NCBI RefSeq assembly: GCF_001194135.2
Contig: NC_068994.1
Span: 14,942,458-15,002,519 of the forward strand
Length of the DNA stretch: 60,062 nt
From: Octopus bimaculoides
Lineage: Eukaryota
Direction of reading: 5' to 3'
Shown here: in pieces, positions 12,980 to 26,314 of the stretch
Position numbering within the stretch: position 1 is the stretch's first letter
Layout of the letters: each line of letters opens with the position of its first letter
The notes under the pieces: generated by a model
Seen by the model: the letters and a program-made list of their open reading frames with translations, nothing else
Database searches by the model: none
What the model was told of the DNA's origin: nothing
Program-made: the position numbers and the translations under genes

Positions 12980-13794
12980 GAGTTGTGTTTGTTTGGCAAG
13001 TAACTTGATCTGAAATTCTGTATTATTGAAACTGAAACAATTACATTCAGAAAGAATAATTTAAGCTATTTAAGAGCATGTGAGAATTATTATGTTCATT
13101 TTCATTTAGTTTTTTGATAGTAATGCTTACAATGAATTATTTAAAAAATCATGTCACACTTCTGCATCCTGGTCACTGACACAATTCACTGCAGAAGTGC
13201 AACAAAACTTCTTTTTCACAATTTACAGTAGAGAATAATTATTAAGTAATAATAAAAAAGCAACATAACAATTTTTATGTGATTTTAAATGGCTAAGATG
13301 ACTTTTCCACAATGTAATTGTTATATATATGAGCAATGGCCACATACATATATAAGTGTGTATATATGTGTGTGTGTGTGTGTGTTTGTAAATAAATGAT
13401 TTTTTGTTGTCAACTTGACTATTTACACACACACACACATACTTGATTTCAAGTGTGTGTGTGTGTGTGTTTTCAACAAGCAGAAACAAGACAACTATTG
13501 AACTGGCCAATAAATTGTAATACAAATAATCCAAATATAAAAGTGACGCAGACTAATAGAAACAAAGCCAATGAATTGACCGTAGACAATGTCTATGTTG
13601 ACAACCATAGACAACACTGAAGTAGAATATTTAAAAATTATCCAATGAAAATGATAACCATAACCATACTCCAAGATCCTGCATTTAAAATTAACTCTTA
13701 ATGCCACCCCCACCCCCGCCCAAAAAAAAAAAACCCAATTCATTTTATGATCACAATGATATGAAACTTGAGTCAGAAGAAAAAGAACTCAGTC

Positions 13795-13985
13795 CACATA
13801 AAAAGCACCGGTATTGGTGCCACATAAGAAGCACCCAGCATACTCTGTAAAATGGTTGGCATTAGGAAGGACGACCGGCCACAGAAACGAAGCCAAATCA
13901 GATTGGAATCTAGTACAGCTCTCCAGCTCTGGTCAAACCGTCCAACTTATGCTCAGCACGGAAAATTAGATGTTAAATGATGAGA
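13795..13985 (+). mobile_element. Family D (GAT)n-tailed retroposon, degenerate
   Basis: ggttggcattaggaagg...ccgtccaac...gttaaatgatga, as in the other D copies. Confidence 0.7.
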
Positions 13986-15995
13986 CATATATTTATATAT
14001 CAAATATAACATATATCTATATCTATCTATCTCTCTATCTATCTATCTATCTCTATATATATATGTAATTAGAAAAAAATGAATGAACCTTCTTAAAATG
14101 AAGAAAGAAAAAAGGTATGAGATGAAGAAGGTTGAAAAAAAAAACTTTAAGGTCTTCTACTAGTTTTGTCATGCTTTTCTCATTAATCTCAAGTTTTCTG
14201 TTTCTCTTCCCAAATCTTTCTCCAAACTTGATTGTTACCAAGTTGCTTATTGATTTTAGTTCTTACCACAACTTGCACTTAGTTTTAAAGCAGCAGTCCC
14301 TATCATTTCTTTAATTAACTCTTGATAAAAGGGCAAAGGAAGAGTTTAACAATTTTCAGCAGCAATCTGAAAAACATTCATTCATGTCATTTCAGCAAAT
14401 GAAATGGTGAAACACTGTTAGTTCTCAAATTTGTGTATTTTAGTATGAAGAAATGTCATAAATGATTATGACAATAGAGGCTTAGATATAATGCATTAAG
14501 TTATCACATTCAATAGTTGAGTATTTAACAGTTCTGACTTTCGGCCCTGCTAAGATTGGATTTTGTTTTCAAACTTTCTGGGTTTAAAACCCTTTTCAGA
14601 ACAACCTGCAGGAGACTGCCCCTGGTTCTATGAGACAAACTTCTTGTTTTAAAGTGCTCTAAATTAAAGCATCCCATCAACATTTGATGTTAATTTATAT
14701 TCCATGACCTGGGGTGATTTTTTTGAGATGTTTCCTTGGAAAAAAAAGTGTCTTCTATGCCGTTACAAATATGGTATATAACTTTAAGATTAAGATATGG
14801 AATTGAATTAAACGACCTTTTATGAAAAAGAAAGTAAAGCAAAATCAATACTTAAGTAGACAAAGAAAAAGTTCACGGTTATATAAAAATACATCAGAAA
14901 CGAGGTCATGGATACAAGTTTAGCACAAGAAATGGTAAGGCATATCACTAATCTTTATTTACTAATACAGAGGAATCAAGTAAAGCTGACACTTTACTGT
15001 TGACTGTTATTAGGAAGTAAATACATGCTTTGAAAATTTTGAAAATATCAGTATTTGCATAACTAGCCAACCCAATTTCATATTGTAAAAATCATTTATT
15101 TCTAATGCAGGAACAGACCCTCAGATTTACATAGATACAAGAAAAATTAGGCTAAATGACATTAATGCTTTTCTCCAGAGAGTTAGTAACTTGTGTGAAA
15201 TGGCTAAAGTAGTTTGCCAGAAGCTTATTTCATTTCTATGTTAAGGTTAATAAATGATTGATGATAAACATCTTGGAATTACATTTCTAATCCAACTATT
15301 GATCATGATCATTTACTGACAAGTGAAAAAATTTTGAATATTTAGTTCAAATCTGATTTCATAATATCAATTAATTTGTCATCAACATAAATCATTTGTA
15401 ATTAAAGAGAAGCATTTTCTGTAGACATTTGATATTAACAAATTGCTAAACAAGTCTACAAGAGAACTTTTGTGTGATCAATCGATCTGCAAGAGATAGC
15501 TGTCAAATTTCCCTCAACCCACACCCTATTTGAAAAAGAACACACAGTACAGTGTACTCAGAGCACACCATTCCAGGAGTTGTGGGGAAAGAATAGGATG
15601 TTCATGGTTGGAACATCCCTGATCAAAGGTCTACTTGATTAGAACAACAATTTGAGGTTAAATAATGATAAGTACTGAAAGAAATACATTGGAATTATAG
15701 ATTTTAATTTCTCTTAGCTTAGAACAGTCTCTGAGGAAGTGTATAATTGACTGAACTAATTATAAAGGAGCGAAAAGATTAGATGCTGAAACTAAATAGT
15801 TAGCTATTTCCTTCAACTGTGTCCAGTTTCTGCCTATGTGCCACCAAAATATTTGCAACTATCAGTATTAACTTAAAAAACAGAAAATTGTGAAAACTGA
15901 AGAAAGTTTTCCAGCTCGCCAATATTTTAAACTTATGCTTTATAATAATACAACTGGTGTACGCATACCATCAATATTAATAGTAAATTTAAGGC

Positions 15996-16215
15996 TGTGA
16001 GCTGGCACAATCATTAGCACGCCAGGCAAAATGCTTAGCAGCATTTCATGTTTTTACATTCTGAGTTCAAATTTAACCAAGGTCAACTTTGCCTTTCATT
16101 CTCCAGGATCAATAAAATAAGTACCAATTGAACACTGAGTTCAATGTAACTGACTTACCACCACCCCAACCCAAGCTTGCTGGCCTTGTGCCAAAATTTG
16201 AAACCAATATTAATA
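15996..16215 (+). mobile_element. SINE family C variant (tail gctggccttgtgccaaaatttgaaacc)
   Basis: C head and central domain with an alternative tail; many similar copies in the window. Confidence 0.75.
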
Positions 16216-17117
16216 CCGATTTGGTAGACATGTTTATCTTAAATGTATGGAAGATCATAAAATAAAGTTAAAATACAGGAAACTATATTTACTTTTTGAA
16301 TACAGATTTTTTTACATGATGTAATAAATTTTGCCTTGAACAATCTTGAAAAGAAAAGGAAAAAAAAAATTATTGGGTCCAATATTTACTTTACTAATAC
16401 ATAAAATGAAGATTTTACCAACTGTAGAGAAACGATCCCATGATAATACTGGACAGGCTTTGTAAAAACTATATAATTTTATAATTCTTTTATTGTTACA
16501 TTTTCAGTGAAAATATTCTTTTAAAAAAATTTCTTTCTTGATTCTACTTATTTTTGCAATGCAGTTTCAAATTATTTTCATTTCTAGTTCTTCTGAGAGC
16601 CACATGGAATCGTTTATAAGCAAAGAAAGGGAAAGGTAAATATACTCCGATATCAGTCAATGGAAATTAATGTCACGTTAAAGAAAAGATTGATACTTGT
16701 GAGAGGTCATTTAATCTTGGGGTGAATACTACCATAAACTTTTGGCTAACTGTCAGTACTTGTCCATGGAAGTAGCGATCACAATGAAATTTTATTCATC
16801 TAAACTCATGAATCATGAAGCAATGCTCTTTCTGAGTGAAAATCGTGTAATAGCATAATAATCATATCAACAGTTAACTTCAAGACTTAAAGCAACATTC
16901 TTGAAGGAATCAATCCATTTAAAAACTTAAGTGGATAATCTTTATTATTTCTTTATTGCATCAATATTATTAACACTTTTTATATGCTGCCATATTTCCT
17001 GGCAGTAAGTAATGCAAGAATATCATTGTTCAGTTTCAAAACATCTACATTTTTAGGTGAGTTAAGATTTATCTTTGATAATACACTTTCAACTGATTCA
17101 TCCCTTGTTATGTCTAT

Positions 17118-17860
17118 TAATCCTTTAGCATTCAGATTACTCTGCCAAATATAATGCTTATTTATTCACATTGTTTTGAATTAATCATGCATTATCTGTA
17201 GCTTCAGAGATTACAGTGATGTGATTCTTTATTTTTGGAATGACATTGTAAGACAGGTGTGAGAGGCTGGACCTGGCTGGTATGGACATAAAACAAGTAG
17301 AATATTTTATTCATGCGTTATCTTGTAGCTTCGAGATTTCAATGATGTGATTGTTTATTTTAAGAATGACATTGCAATAGGCGCAGGAGTGGCTGTGTGG
17401 TAAGTAGCTTGCTTACCAACCACATGGTTCTGGGTTCAGTCCCACTGCGTGGCATCTTGGGCAAGTGTCTTCTACTATAGCCTCGGGCCAACCAAAGCCT
17501 TGCGAGTGGATTTGGTAGACAGAAACTGAAAGAAGCCCGCCATATATATGTATATATATATATGTGTGTGTGTGTTTGTGGGTCTGTGTTTGTCCCCCTA
17601 GCATTGCTTGACAAACGATGCTGGTGTGTTTATGTCCCCATAACTTAGCGGTTCAGCAAAAGAGACTGATAGAATAAGTACTAGGCTGACAAAGACTAAG
17701 TCCCGGGGTCGATTTGCTCGACTAAAGACAGTGCTCCATCATGGCCACAGTCAAATGACTGAAACAAGTAAAAGAGTACGTGTTTGAGGCTGGATCTGGT
17801 TAGTCTGAACATAAAGTAAAATATTTTATCCAGATATAACTGGTTTCAATCTCTAAATAT
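17118..17860. mobile_element. piggyBac-type MITE with internal duplication, interrupted by SINE A
   Basis: Starts ttaatcctttagcattcagattac; the segment catgc.ttatc...gaatgacattg occurs twice; MITE sequence resumes after the SINE. Confidence 0.7.
17379..17778 (+). mobile_element. SINE family A, full length
   Basis: aggcgcaggagtggctgtgtggtaag ... gggttcagtccc ... gactgaaacaagtaaaagagta. Confidence 0.9.
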
Positions 17861-18280
17861 GTCTGTGACAATACCCTTGTAACCTGATATCAGTTTAGCA
17901 GTTATCTCTATTAGATCTTCTTGCAGACTACATTCATTTGTCAGTATGCTAATTCCAACAACAAGAAACCCTCTGTTCAATTTTTCCACAGACATTTTGA
18001 TATTTCTTTGATGCCCATTTCTCTATATCTACCCTCTTTTAAATTTGTCTCTTTTTCAGTTTCATTTTGGAGCTATACCAAGCTTCAATCATTCATGATA
18101 GTATTCTTATTGTATTTGTTCTTTCTAGTTTGGCACAAGAATATATTAGTCAATTTTTCGTTTTTCATAGTTCTTGAGATAAGCCCGATCACTACTTTCT
18201 TTGTAATTCCCTCTCTAATATATGTGATGATACACACACATATGTATGTATCTTTGTACACACACACACACACACCTGTA

Positions 18281-18502
18281 CATCATCATCATCATCATCA
18301 TCATCGTTTAACGTCCGCTTTCCATGCTAGCATGGGTTGGACGATTTGACTGAGGACTGGTGAACCAGATGGCTGCACCAGGCTCCAATCTGATTTGGCA
18401 GAGTTTCTACAGCTGGATGCCCTTCCTAACGCCAACCACTTCGAGAGTGTAGTGGGTGCTTTTATGTGCCACCGGCACGAAGGCCAGTCAGGAAGTACTG
18501 GC
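18281..18502 (-). mobile_element. Family D (GAT)n-tailed retroposon (RTE-type tail suspected)
   Basis: (CAT)n run then cgtttaacgtccgctttccatgctagcatggg...ggatgcccttcctaacgccaacc on the plus strand. Confidence 0.8.
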
Positions 18503-18719
18503 AATGTATATATTTATTATTATCATCATATACATGTATGTGTATGTATACACACAAACTGTACCTCTGTACATGTATACACATATGTATACACACATGA
18601 CAGCAGTGAACAGTGACAATGAGTGGTCAACACCACATTTGGCAGATAAATGTACTCTTTATTTGTGGATTAACAATGTTAATCCATAAATAAAGAATAC
18701 ATTTATATGTATGTGTGCA

Positions 18720-18725
18720 TGTGTG

Positions 18726-18797
<72 letters not shown>
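18720..18797. repeat. (TG)n microsatellite
   Basis: Direct reading. Confidence 0.95.
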
Positions 18798-18803
<6 letters not shown>

Positions 18804-19458
18804 AAATGAAATAAGCCCAATAAGATTCTTATATGAAATATATATATAAATGCACAATGGCATTTATTATATGAGCAATTTACTTCTGGAATACATTAGT
18901 AAATTGTATTATAAAGCATAAGTTCGAATTTACATTTTTTTTTTTTTTTTTTTGCTATTAACATCTTAATTCCATTCACTTGTGTAGTCAAACAAACCCT
19001 CTTAAAAGTTCAATGTTAGGTGAGAGATGTTAGCTCGAGGAAAAATCCTGAAACATTTTATTACATCAACAGATTATTTAAAGTAACGAATCTTTAGTAA
19101 GCTTAAATCTTAAGCTTAAGTGTTCTAATATCCCTGTCTTCGATGAGAATAATGAAAAGTGATAAACCTTAACTTTAATCTGTTTGTTCTGAAACATATA
19201 ATAAATCAATAATGATTTCGTTTTGTCTTAACTACTTAATCTGGGAGGAGATTCTAGTTAATCAAGGTACACCAAACGGCATGAATATTTTATTCGTCTT
19301 GAGATTCCTGATTCTGGATTACACAGTCAGTCTCACACAAGCAAACAAAGAAGCTCCGGTGTAATTGGTTGAACTGCTAGAAGCAGCAGGTGATACCTCA
19401 TATTACCCTCTATCATTTTTAACCGTTTAGCATTCAGGTTACTCTGTCAAATGCAATG

Positions 19459-19902
19459 CTTCATTTTCCACATCGTTTTGAATTAACCATGTTGGATTTA
19501 CCCAATTTGAGTATAAAAGAGGTAGACTATTAGGGGTAAATATGGCTGCTTAAATGCTTAAGGGTTAAATATGGAATGACTCATTGGATATACTAGCCAG
19601 GTAAAAAACAAGACAGGATGGTCATGGATGGAGCACTTGGTTTATGGGACTTTTTCTATCAGTGCTGATTTGGGGTTAAACTTCATTTTCCACATCGTTT
19701 TGAATTAATCATGTTGGATTTACCCAATTTGAGTATAAAAGAGGTAGACTATTAGGGGTAAATATGGCTGCTTAAATGCTTAAGGGTTAAATATGGAATG
19801 ACTCATTGGATATACTAGCCAAGTAAAAAACAAAACAGGATGGTCATGGATGGAGCACTTGGTTTATGGGACTTTTTCTATCAGTGCTGATCTGGGGTTA
19901 AA
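19459..19902. repeat. Tandem duplication, 222-bp period, of a MITE/other-repeat junction
   Basis: cttcattttccacatcg... starts at 19459 and again at 19681; about 4 substitutions between copies. Confidence 0.9.
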
Positions 19903-20089
19903 CAACAATACAATCGCAGTTTACAAGTGTCCTGGGTCATCTAAAATGTTTCTTCTATGGTACTATATTGAGACAAAGAGGGAGAAAGCATATGTATATG
20001 AGAGAGAAAGAGAGGGAGGAAGGAAGAAAAGAGAGAGAGAGAGAGAGAGAAAGTGAGAGGGGGAGCACATCTAAGATACTATTCAAACA

Positions 20090-20530
20090 TTGGTTCCAAA
20101 TTTTGGCACAAGGACAGAGATTTCCGAGGAGCAGGTAAGTTGATTACGTCAACCCGTCTTCAACAGGTACTTATTTTATTGACCCCAAAAAGATGAAAGG
20201 CAAGGGTGACCATGGCGGAATTTGAACTCAGAACATAAAGACAAATGAAATGCTGCCAAGCATTTTGTCCAACAAGCTGATGATTCTGGAAGCTTGCCAT
20301 CTAATACTAAATATTCCTTTCTACTATAGGCGCAAGGCCTGGAATTTGTAGGGAGCAGGATAATCAATCACATCAACCCCAGTACTTGACTGGTACTTAA
20401 TTTATCGACCCCGAAAGGATGAAAGGTAAAGTCAACTTCAGCTGAATTTGAACCCGGAATGTAAAGACAGATGAAAAGCCACAATGCAATTTGCCTGGAA
20501 TGCTAATGATTCTGCAAGCTTGCCACCTTA
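20090..20530 (-). mobile_element. Two adjacent degenerate SINE C-variant copies
   Basis: Each has ccaaaattttggcacaagg- or gcaaggcctggaattt-like tail, gaccccNaaagatgaaagg core and gattctg.aagcttgcca head. Confidence 0.7.
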
Positions 20531-20634
20531 TCTTGATAATACTAAAACTCTAGGGATGTTTCTGTGTAACTGAAATATCTCAGATATAATATATGCTATC
20601 TTAGTTCTTTTTACATATTTATTTTCATACTTAC

Positions 20635-20751
20635 CTTCGGCAGTGCAGTACACATTTTTGTGACATTTGGACCTCTATTTAAACAATTAAACTCAGTTTT
20701 TGTTATTTCTTGATGAAAAAATACATGGCTTCCATGATGTCAGCACAACAC
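20635..20751 (-). other. Candidate non-coding/poison exon (117 nt)
   Basis: Acceptor ctgacatgacattcattatag|G and donor AAG|gtaagt on the minus strand; stops in all three frames. Confidence 0.35.
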
Positions 20752-22078
20752 CTATAATGAATGTCATGTCAGTCAACACAAACACACATTCGCTATCTGT
20801 GACATAAACACACACATTGTCTTCGCGTTCTCTAAGAAAAAACAAACCACTGACTTTTTGGCATACACAATATTTTAATCATTTAGAAATATTTTTAACT
20901 GAATGCAATTTCATCATCTGGAGTTCGTTAATTTCTATAAAGCTTTTTTATTTATCTACCTTTGTTTTAAAGTGAAAGATGTATATACGTGTATATGAAA
21001 TGGATGTGTGTGTGTGTGAAAGAGAGAGAGAGAGAGGAAGAGAAAGAGAAAAAGAGAGAGTGAGTGAAGGAGTGTGTTGTTATGTATACGTACTTGCATC
21101 AATACATATGCGTACATCTGTTTTGTATGTATGTGTATGCATGAGTGAGAGAGAGAGAGTGTACGTGAGTGAGTGAATGTGTGTGTTCTCATGTATGTGT
21201 AAGTGGCCCACACTTTCTCTCTCTCTCTCTCACATACACACACATATCCATTTCATGTACACATTCATATATTTTTCACTTTCTCCTCTCTTTCAATTTA
21301 AAACAAAAGTAACAGGTGATTTTCAGGATAAAAATTGTTTAAAAAAATGTTTCTACTCGTGTAAATTGCTTACTATGTTTGGATAGTTCCAATTAAATAA
21401 ATCCAGGAGTCAGGTTAAATATATATGCATGCATAAGTACCGTGAATTCCCATACTACAAACTGGCAGACAATTCTGTGAATACTTTACTGGGCAAGGCT
21501 GAGTAGTAAGTCTAGTACCATTTAAATAATAAAGAGTTCTAGATTTCATTCAGATTTTATCCTTCCTTATCTTATGTTTTATTGTAGAAAATCTCCCAAG
21601 CCTCTAGAGAAATATAGTTTCTTTCTGTCTAATTCTCCTGATTAAACCTCTTACTTGAAAACATGCAAGATTGTGATACTATTGAATGAATGTGAACTAG
21701 TGAAATATTTAGATTTTATCATGTTAAAACAATTAATTCAATTTTACTAGTTAGGTTCCTTGCTGATTCATATCCTTATCTTTCCACTGTACACATTACA
21801 TCACTTTGACTAGTGCTGGCACAAAAGGAGGCTAAGTAGATGATTTTCCCATTCCTTTTGTTGGGTACAAGAGAGAAAAAGTGGTGTTGGAAGTGATTAC
21901 TTTCATGATAAGTAGACAGAAACATGAAACAAAAGTTGTACACATGGATTTGCAAATTTACATGCTATTTATTTCATCATAAAATTAAACAAATTTTTTC
22001 TCTCTTAATTTTTAAGAATGTTTTACACTTTTTAAAAAATCTTTCTTGGGTGGGATATTGCTTTTACAAATTCACATA

Positions 22079-22295
22079 CGAAGAGGTGCTGAAAACCTTC
22101 TGGCTTTAAGGTTATTGTGAAAGGCCAGACTGGAGGCCCAACCTTCCAAGTTCTTTTACAGGGCTTAGAAAAACTGAAGGACTGCTGCAATAAGTAGGTG
22201 AATTTGAGAGGGGAATATGTTGAATCAAATCATAATTAACTGATCCTCCTGTATTTTCTTTTACTCAAAGCCAGGAACTTTTCAGCACCCCTTTG
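22079..22295 (+). mobile_element. Mariner-derived MITE (internal deletion derivative)
   Basis: TA then cgaagaggtgctgaaaaccttctggcttt, inverted at aaagccaggaacttttcagcacccctttg; internal FLQGLEKLKDCCNK*VNLRGEYVE matches a mariner C-terminus. Confidence 0.8.
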
Positions 22296-24497
22296 CTGGA
22301 AAATTTGTCTTGTAGCTTACCAATGTATACTAGTGTGTCAAACTCTTTATATCAGTTGTCAAATACACATAGAAGGGAAAGAAGAGTCATGTACTTTGCC
22401 CAAGAGTAAAACATAATGAATGTAAGATGTGAATTGCCATATGATTTAGAAGTCTAGCACTTCAAGTTCAGCTCTTTGAGTCTCTAGATAAATTTTTGCT
22501 GTAATACTGCAAGCCTGTACAAGTGGTTGCAATTTGCTTTCTTCTCTTTTTCTGTTTATTTTAAGGAACAATGATCTAAGTTGTAGATAATTCAATAGTT
22601 ATATTTTATTTCCCTTGAATTCGTGGGAATAAAATTTAGGGAGTTGTAAATTATATTCAGATGTTTTGAAATTGTTTTTCTACATATAGTGGAGAAATCA
22701 GCTGCTAGATAAAGCCAAAAGCTCTCCTCTCTAAGGATTATTAATTAAGACACGCCTACATCCATAATCAGTTTAAGGCATTAGTTTATAATCAGTATTG
22801 TGCGTTAAATCTAAATTGCTTTGATTAACCTAGAAAAGCTTTAATTCTGTGATCTTATAGAGTACATGCTGAATTATAGAAATGAAAGAATGTACTAAAA
22901 TGTACAAGAAGTCAAGTCAAATAAAATGACAATTTAAAAAATCTCATATTTTATCTTTTAAAATCTAAAAAAAAGAAAGATGATCAAGATAGTCAAAATA
23001 AAACAAGCATAGATTCCATAAAAAATTGCCTAATGCCAAGATAAAATGAAACTTTTGCTTTAAACAGAGAGTCATTAAGAAATAAATATTTTGAAATGTT
23101 CAAACAAAAATCATTTATTTATTCATTAATACAAACATAACACCATATCATCCTCAATAAATCAAGTGCATTGTACTTATGAAAACATCTTTCTTGGAAA
23201 ATTGTTAAGTTTTCCACTTAACAGTTTTTTTTTCCTCTCAACAAAACAATCAGAGATCAAAAGGCTTATTAAACATAGCTATTGACTTGATCAACTTGAG
23301 CTAAGAAGTCCCTACCACAAAACACATATCAACAATAAAACTTCTAAAAGATGTATGGCAGTTACATGTAGATAGTGGATGTAAATGACAAGCTATTTTT
23401 TTGTTTGTTTGTTAGTTGAGAAGGACAAACTATGCTTTATTTATTTATTTTTTAGAGGGGAGGATATGCAACATTACCTTGAATGAGATACAGAATAATG
23501 TATGAAAAGCATTACTTTTATACAGCCAGCATAAAGGATTCTTTTGTGAGAGAAGCAACAGGAGCAGAACTGTGTCAATAAGGACACAACCAAGGTTAAG
23601 ATTTTAGCAGGATAGGCTCAATTGAAACTTGAGTAGACAGGTCTATCTAACCTATACAGCATGCTGCTGCTGATGATTATGAATTGTGATTCATACAAAC
23701 ATAGTAAAACATGTAAATACATTAACAAAATAAGGTAAAAATACCAATAACTATGTTCTTGTTGACACTAAAGTTGTTTACAAAATGTCTTGCACAAAGT
23801 AACTTCATTTCAGAAATCTACAACAAAAGATGTTAATATTGGAACTGAATAATATTCTATAGCTATTTGTAAATAGATGAACCATCTAAAGATAAATTTT
23901 TATGGCAAAAAATTTTTTTTACAACTTTTATCATACCATGCAAATTTAATTATATTTCGTATCAGCTATAATCAAGTTTCATAGTATAGAGTTAGTTTAT
24001 TGTGAAGATTTCTACAAATCCTAATATTCTATAAACTTAATGAATGAGAAATTTATAAATTAGCATATCTGCAATTCTTAGATTGTAAAGAAAAAATAAA
24101 GTTGATATATTTCATTAGGAGCATAAAAAAAAGTTATACTCATGAACTAATTCTATGTGTGTGTGTATATATATATATATATATTATGAACGAAAATGAA
24201 TAGCATATTTTCAAGTCTTTTATAATCATAATTAAATCTTTTTTTATCATTATTATTATATAAGCATGGCACTTAAGAGATGAATGGAAATTTTTCGAAG
24301 GCTAATGCAGTATCATATTCTGATTGAGTTCCATTAACTGGGTTGTAGAATTACAACTGTAATGTGTCACTAACTTCAGGATTTTATAATTATGAAATCC
24401 ATTCGTAAAAAAATGCTCTAAATTACTAGCTCTATGACAACTAAATGATATTTATAGTATAAAATTTGAATAGAGTGTATTTTGGATGTGCCCACGG

Positions 24498-24782
24498 CAT
24501 GTGTAAGGACTTTCGAGCGAGATCGTTGCCAGTGTCCTTGGACTGGCTCTTGTGTGGGTGGCACATAAAATACACCATTTTGAGCGTGGCCGTTGTCAGT
24601 ACCGCCTGACCGGCCTTCGTGCCGGTGGCACGTAAAAGCACCCACTACACTCTCGGAGTGGTTGGCATTAGGAAGGGCATCCAGCTGTAGAAACTCTGAC
24701 AAATCAGATTGGAGCCTGGTGTAGCCATCTGGTTTCACCAGTCCTAAGTCAAATCGTCCAACCCATGCTAGCATGGAAAGCG
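24498..24782 (+). mobile_element. Family D retroposon with two tandem 5' hairpin/pseudoknot modules
   Basis: Well-preserved copy running into a gap at the expected (GAT)n tail. Confidence 0.8.
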
Positions 24783-24792
24783 NNNNNNNNNN

Positions 24793-24828
<36 letters not shown>

Positions 24829-25799
24829 TACTATATAAAATTAATACAGAACAGTAAGGCAGCCTTCACAGAATCTTGAACTCATGTCACCAAAAATCCT
24901 CATCATTAGTGATGCCTGTCACTAAGGGGGTGCACTGGATGCCACTGCCCCTTCACTATTCAATGGTGCACCCTCAGATTTAGAAAATACAGTTTACAAA
25001 AATCTTCCTGCAAAACAAATTAGTACCCACCCAGAATATTCTGAAGCACCCCAGACCCCAAAGTCTGGCGACAGGCCTACCATTGATTGGTTTGATGTTT
25101 TAATACTAAATTTTTCCCTGTCTCCAAGCTAAATTTCATATCGCTTGTATCTAGAAGAGATAAGCATCATAAGCAAAGGACACAACACAACAGCACCAGT
25201 AAAATAAGAAGGACCAATAGCTTATGACCTGTAAGGTCAGACAGAGATAGAAGACTTATCCAACTTAATTCCACGTAATAGCTCCCATTAATAACATCAG
25301 ATAAAATAACACCAACAACAAAAACAAAATTGATGAAATGAAAATTAAAACAGTGGATTCAATTAACCTCATTTAGAAAATAATAAACATTATGCAGCAA
25401 GACATTCCACTGACAAATTTGTTCTGTAAGTAAATAATGTTTATTTTAATTACTAACCAATACAGTAAATGCTGTACAAACAAACAAAACATTCAAGTTG
25501 GAAGGAAGGGAGGGGGGAAGCATTTTATTTTCTGCTTCTCAGGCATTTACGGTTCTATTTTTATTGCTCAGATCTAAGTTTAACGCAAAAGAAATTCTTA
25601 AAATATTAAATGCAAAATAGGTCCTCTGCATAACCTTAGCTTTACATAATGGCATGTGTTTGTTTTGCATCCAAACAAGACAGATTCGGATCAAATAACG
25701 CATATATTTCATTTAATACACAGTCATGAAATGTTTGTGGGAATTCATGGTTTCCATGATTTGCTCAAGCCAACTTTGAGATGGAAAATACATTACATA

Positions 25800-26225
25800 G
25801 ATACAGGTGTGACTGTGTGGTAAGAAGTTTGCTTCGCAACTACATGGTTCCAGGTTCAGTCCCGCTGCATGGCACCTTGAGCAAATGTCTTCTGCAATAG
25901 CTTTGGGCCAAACAAAAGCCTTGTGAGTGGATTTGGTAGACGGAAACCGAAAGAAGCCTATCATGTATATATAACTGCACATACCCACACCTATATATAT
26001 GTGTGTATGTGTCATTGTGTCTGTCCCCCACTACTGCTTGACAATCAGTGTTGGTGGGTTTACATTCCTGTAACTTAGCGGTTCAGCAAAAAGGACCAAT
26101 AGAATGAGTACCAGGCTTTACAAGAAAAAAAATAAATAAATAAAAGGGTTGATTCATTTGACTAAGATTCTTCAAGGCAGTGCCCCAGCATGGTCACAGT
26201 ATAGTGACTGAAACAAGTAAAAGAT
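25800..26225 (+). mobile_element. SINE family A, diverged
   Basis: Head ggtgtgactgtgtggtaagaag...ggttcagtcccg; tail gactgaaacaagtaaaagat. Confidence 0.8.
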
Positions 26226-26314
26226 GCATACCTTTGAATGGACAAAGAATGGAAACAAAATATGCATCTAACTCCTATATTAAATAGATTGTCATTATTA
26301 TTATTAATAGGATG

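Noticed and set aside
16588-16635. Plus-strand mini-exon candidates (also 51715-51762)
   Set aside because: Isolated AG...GT pairs with no recognisable product and no chain of compatible exons; expected by chance in AT-rich DNA.
24520-24645. Family D modules as HDV-like, twister or pistol ribozymes
   Set aside because: The helix order does not match these folds; kept only as a generic pseudoknot finding.
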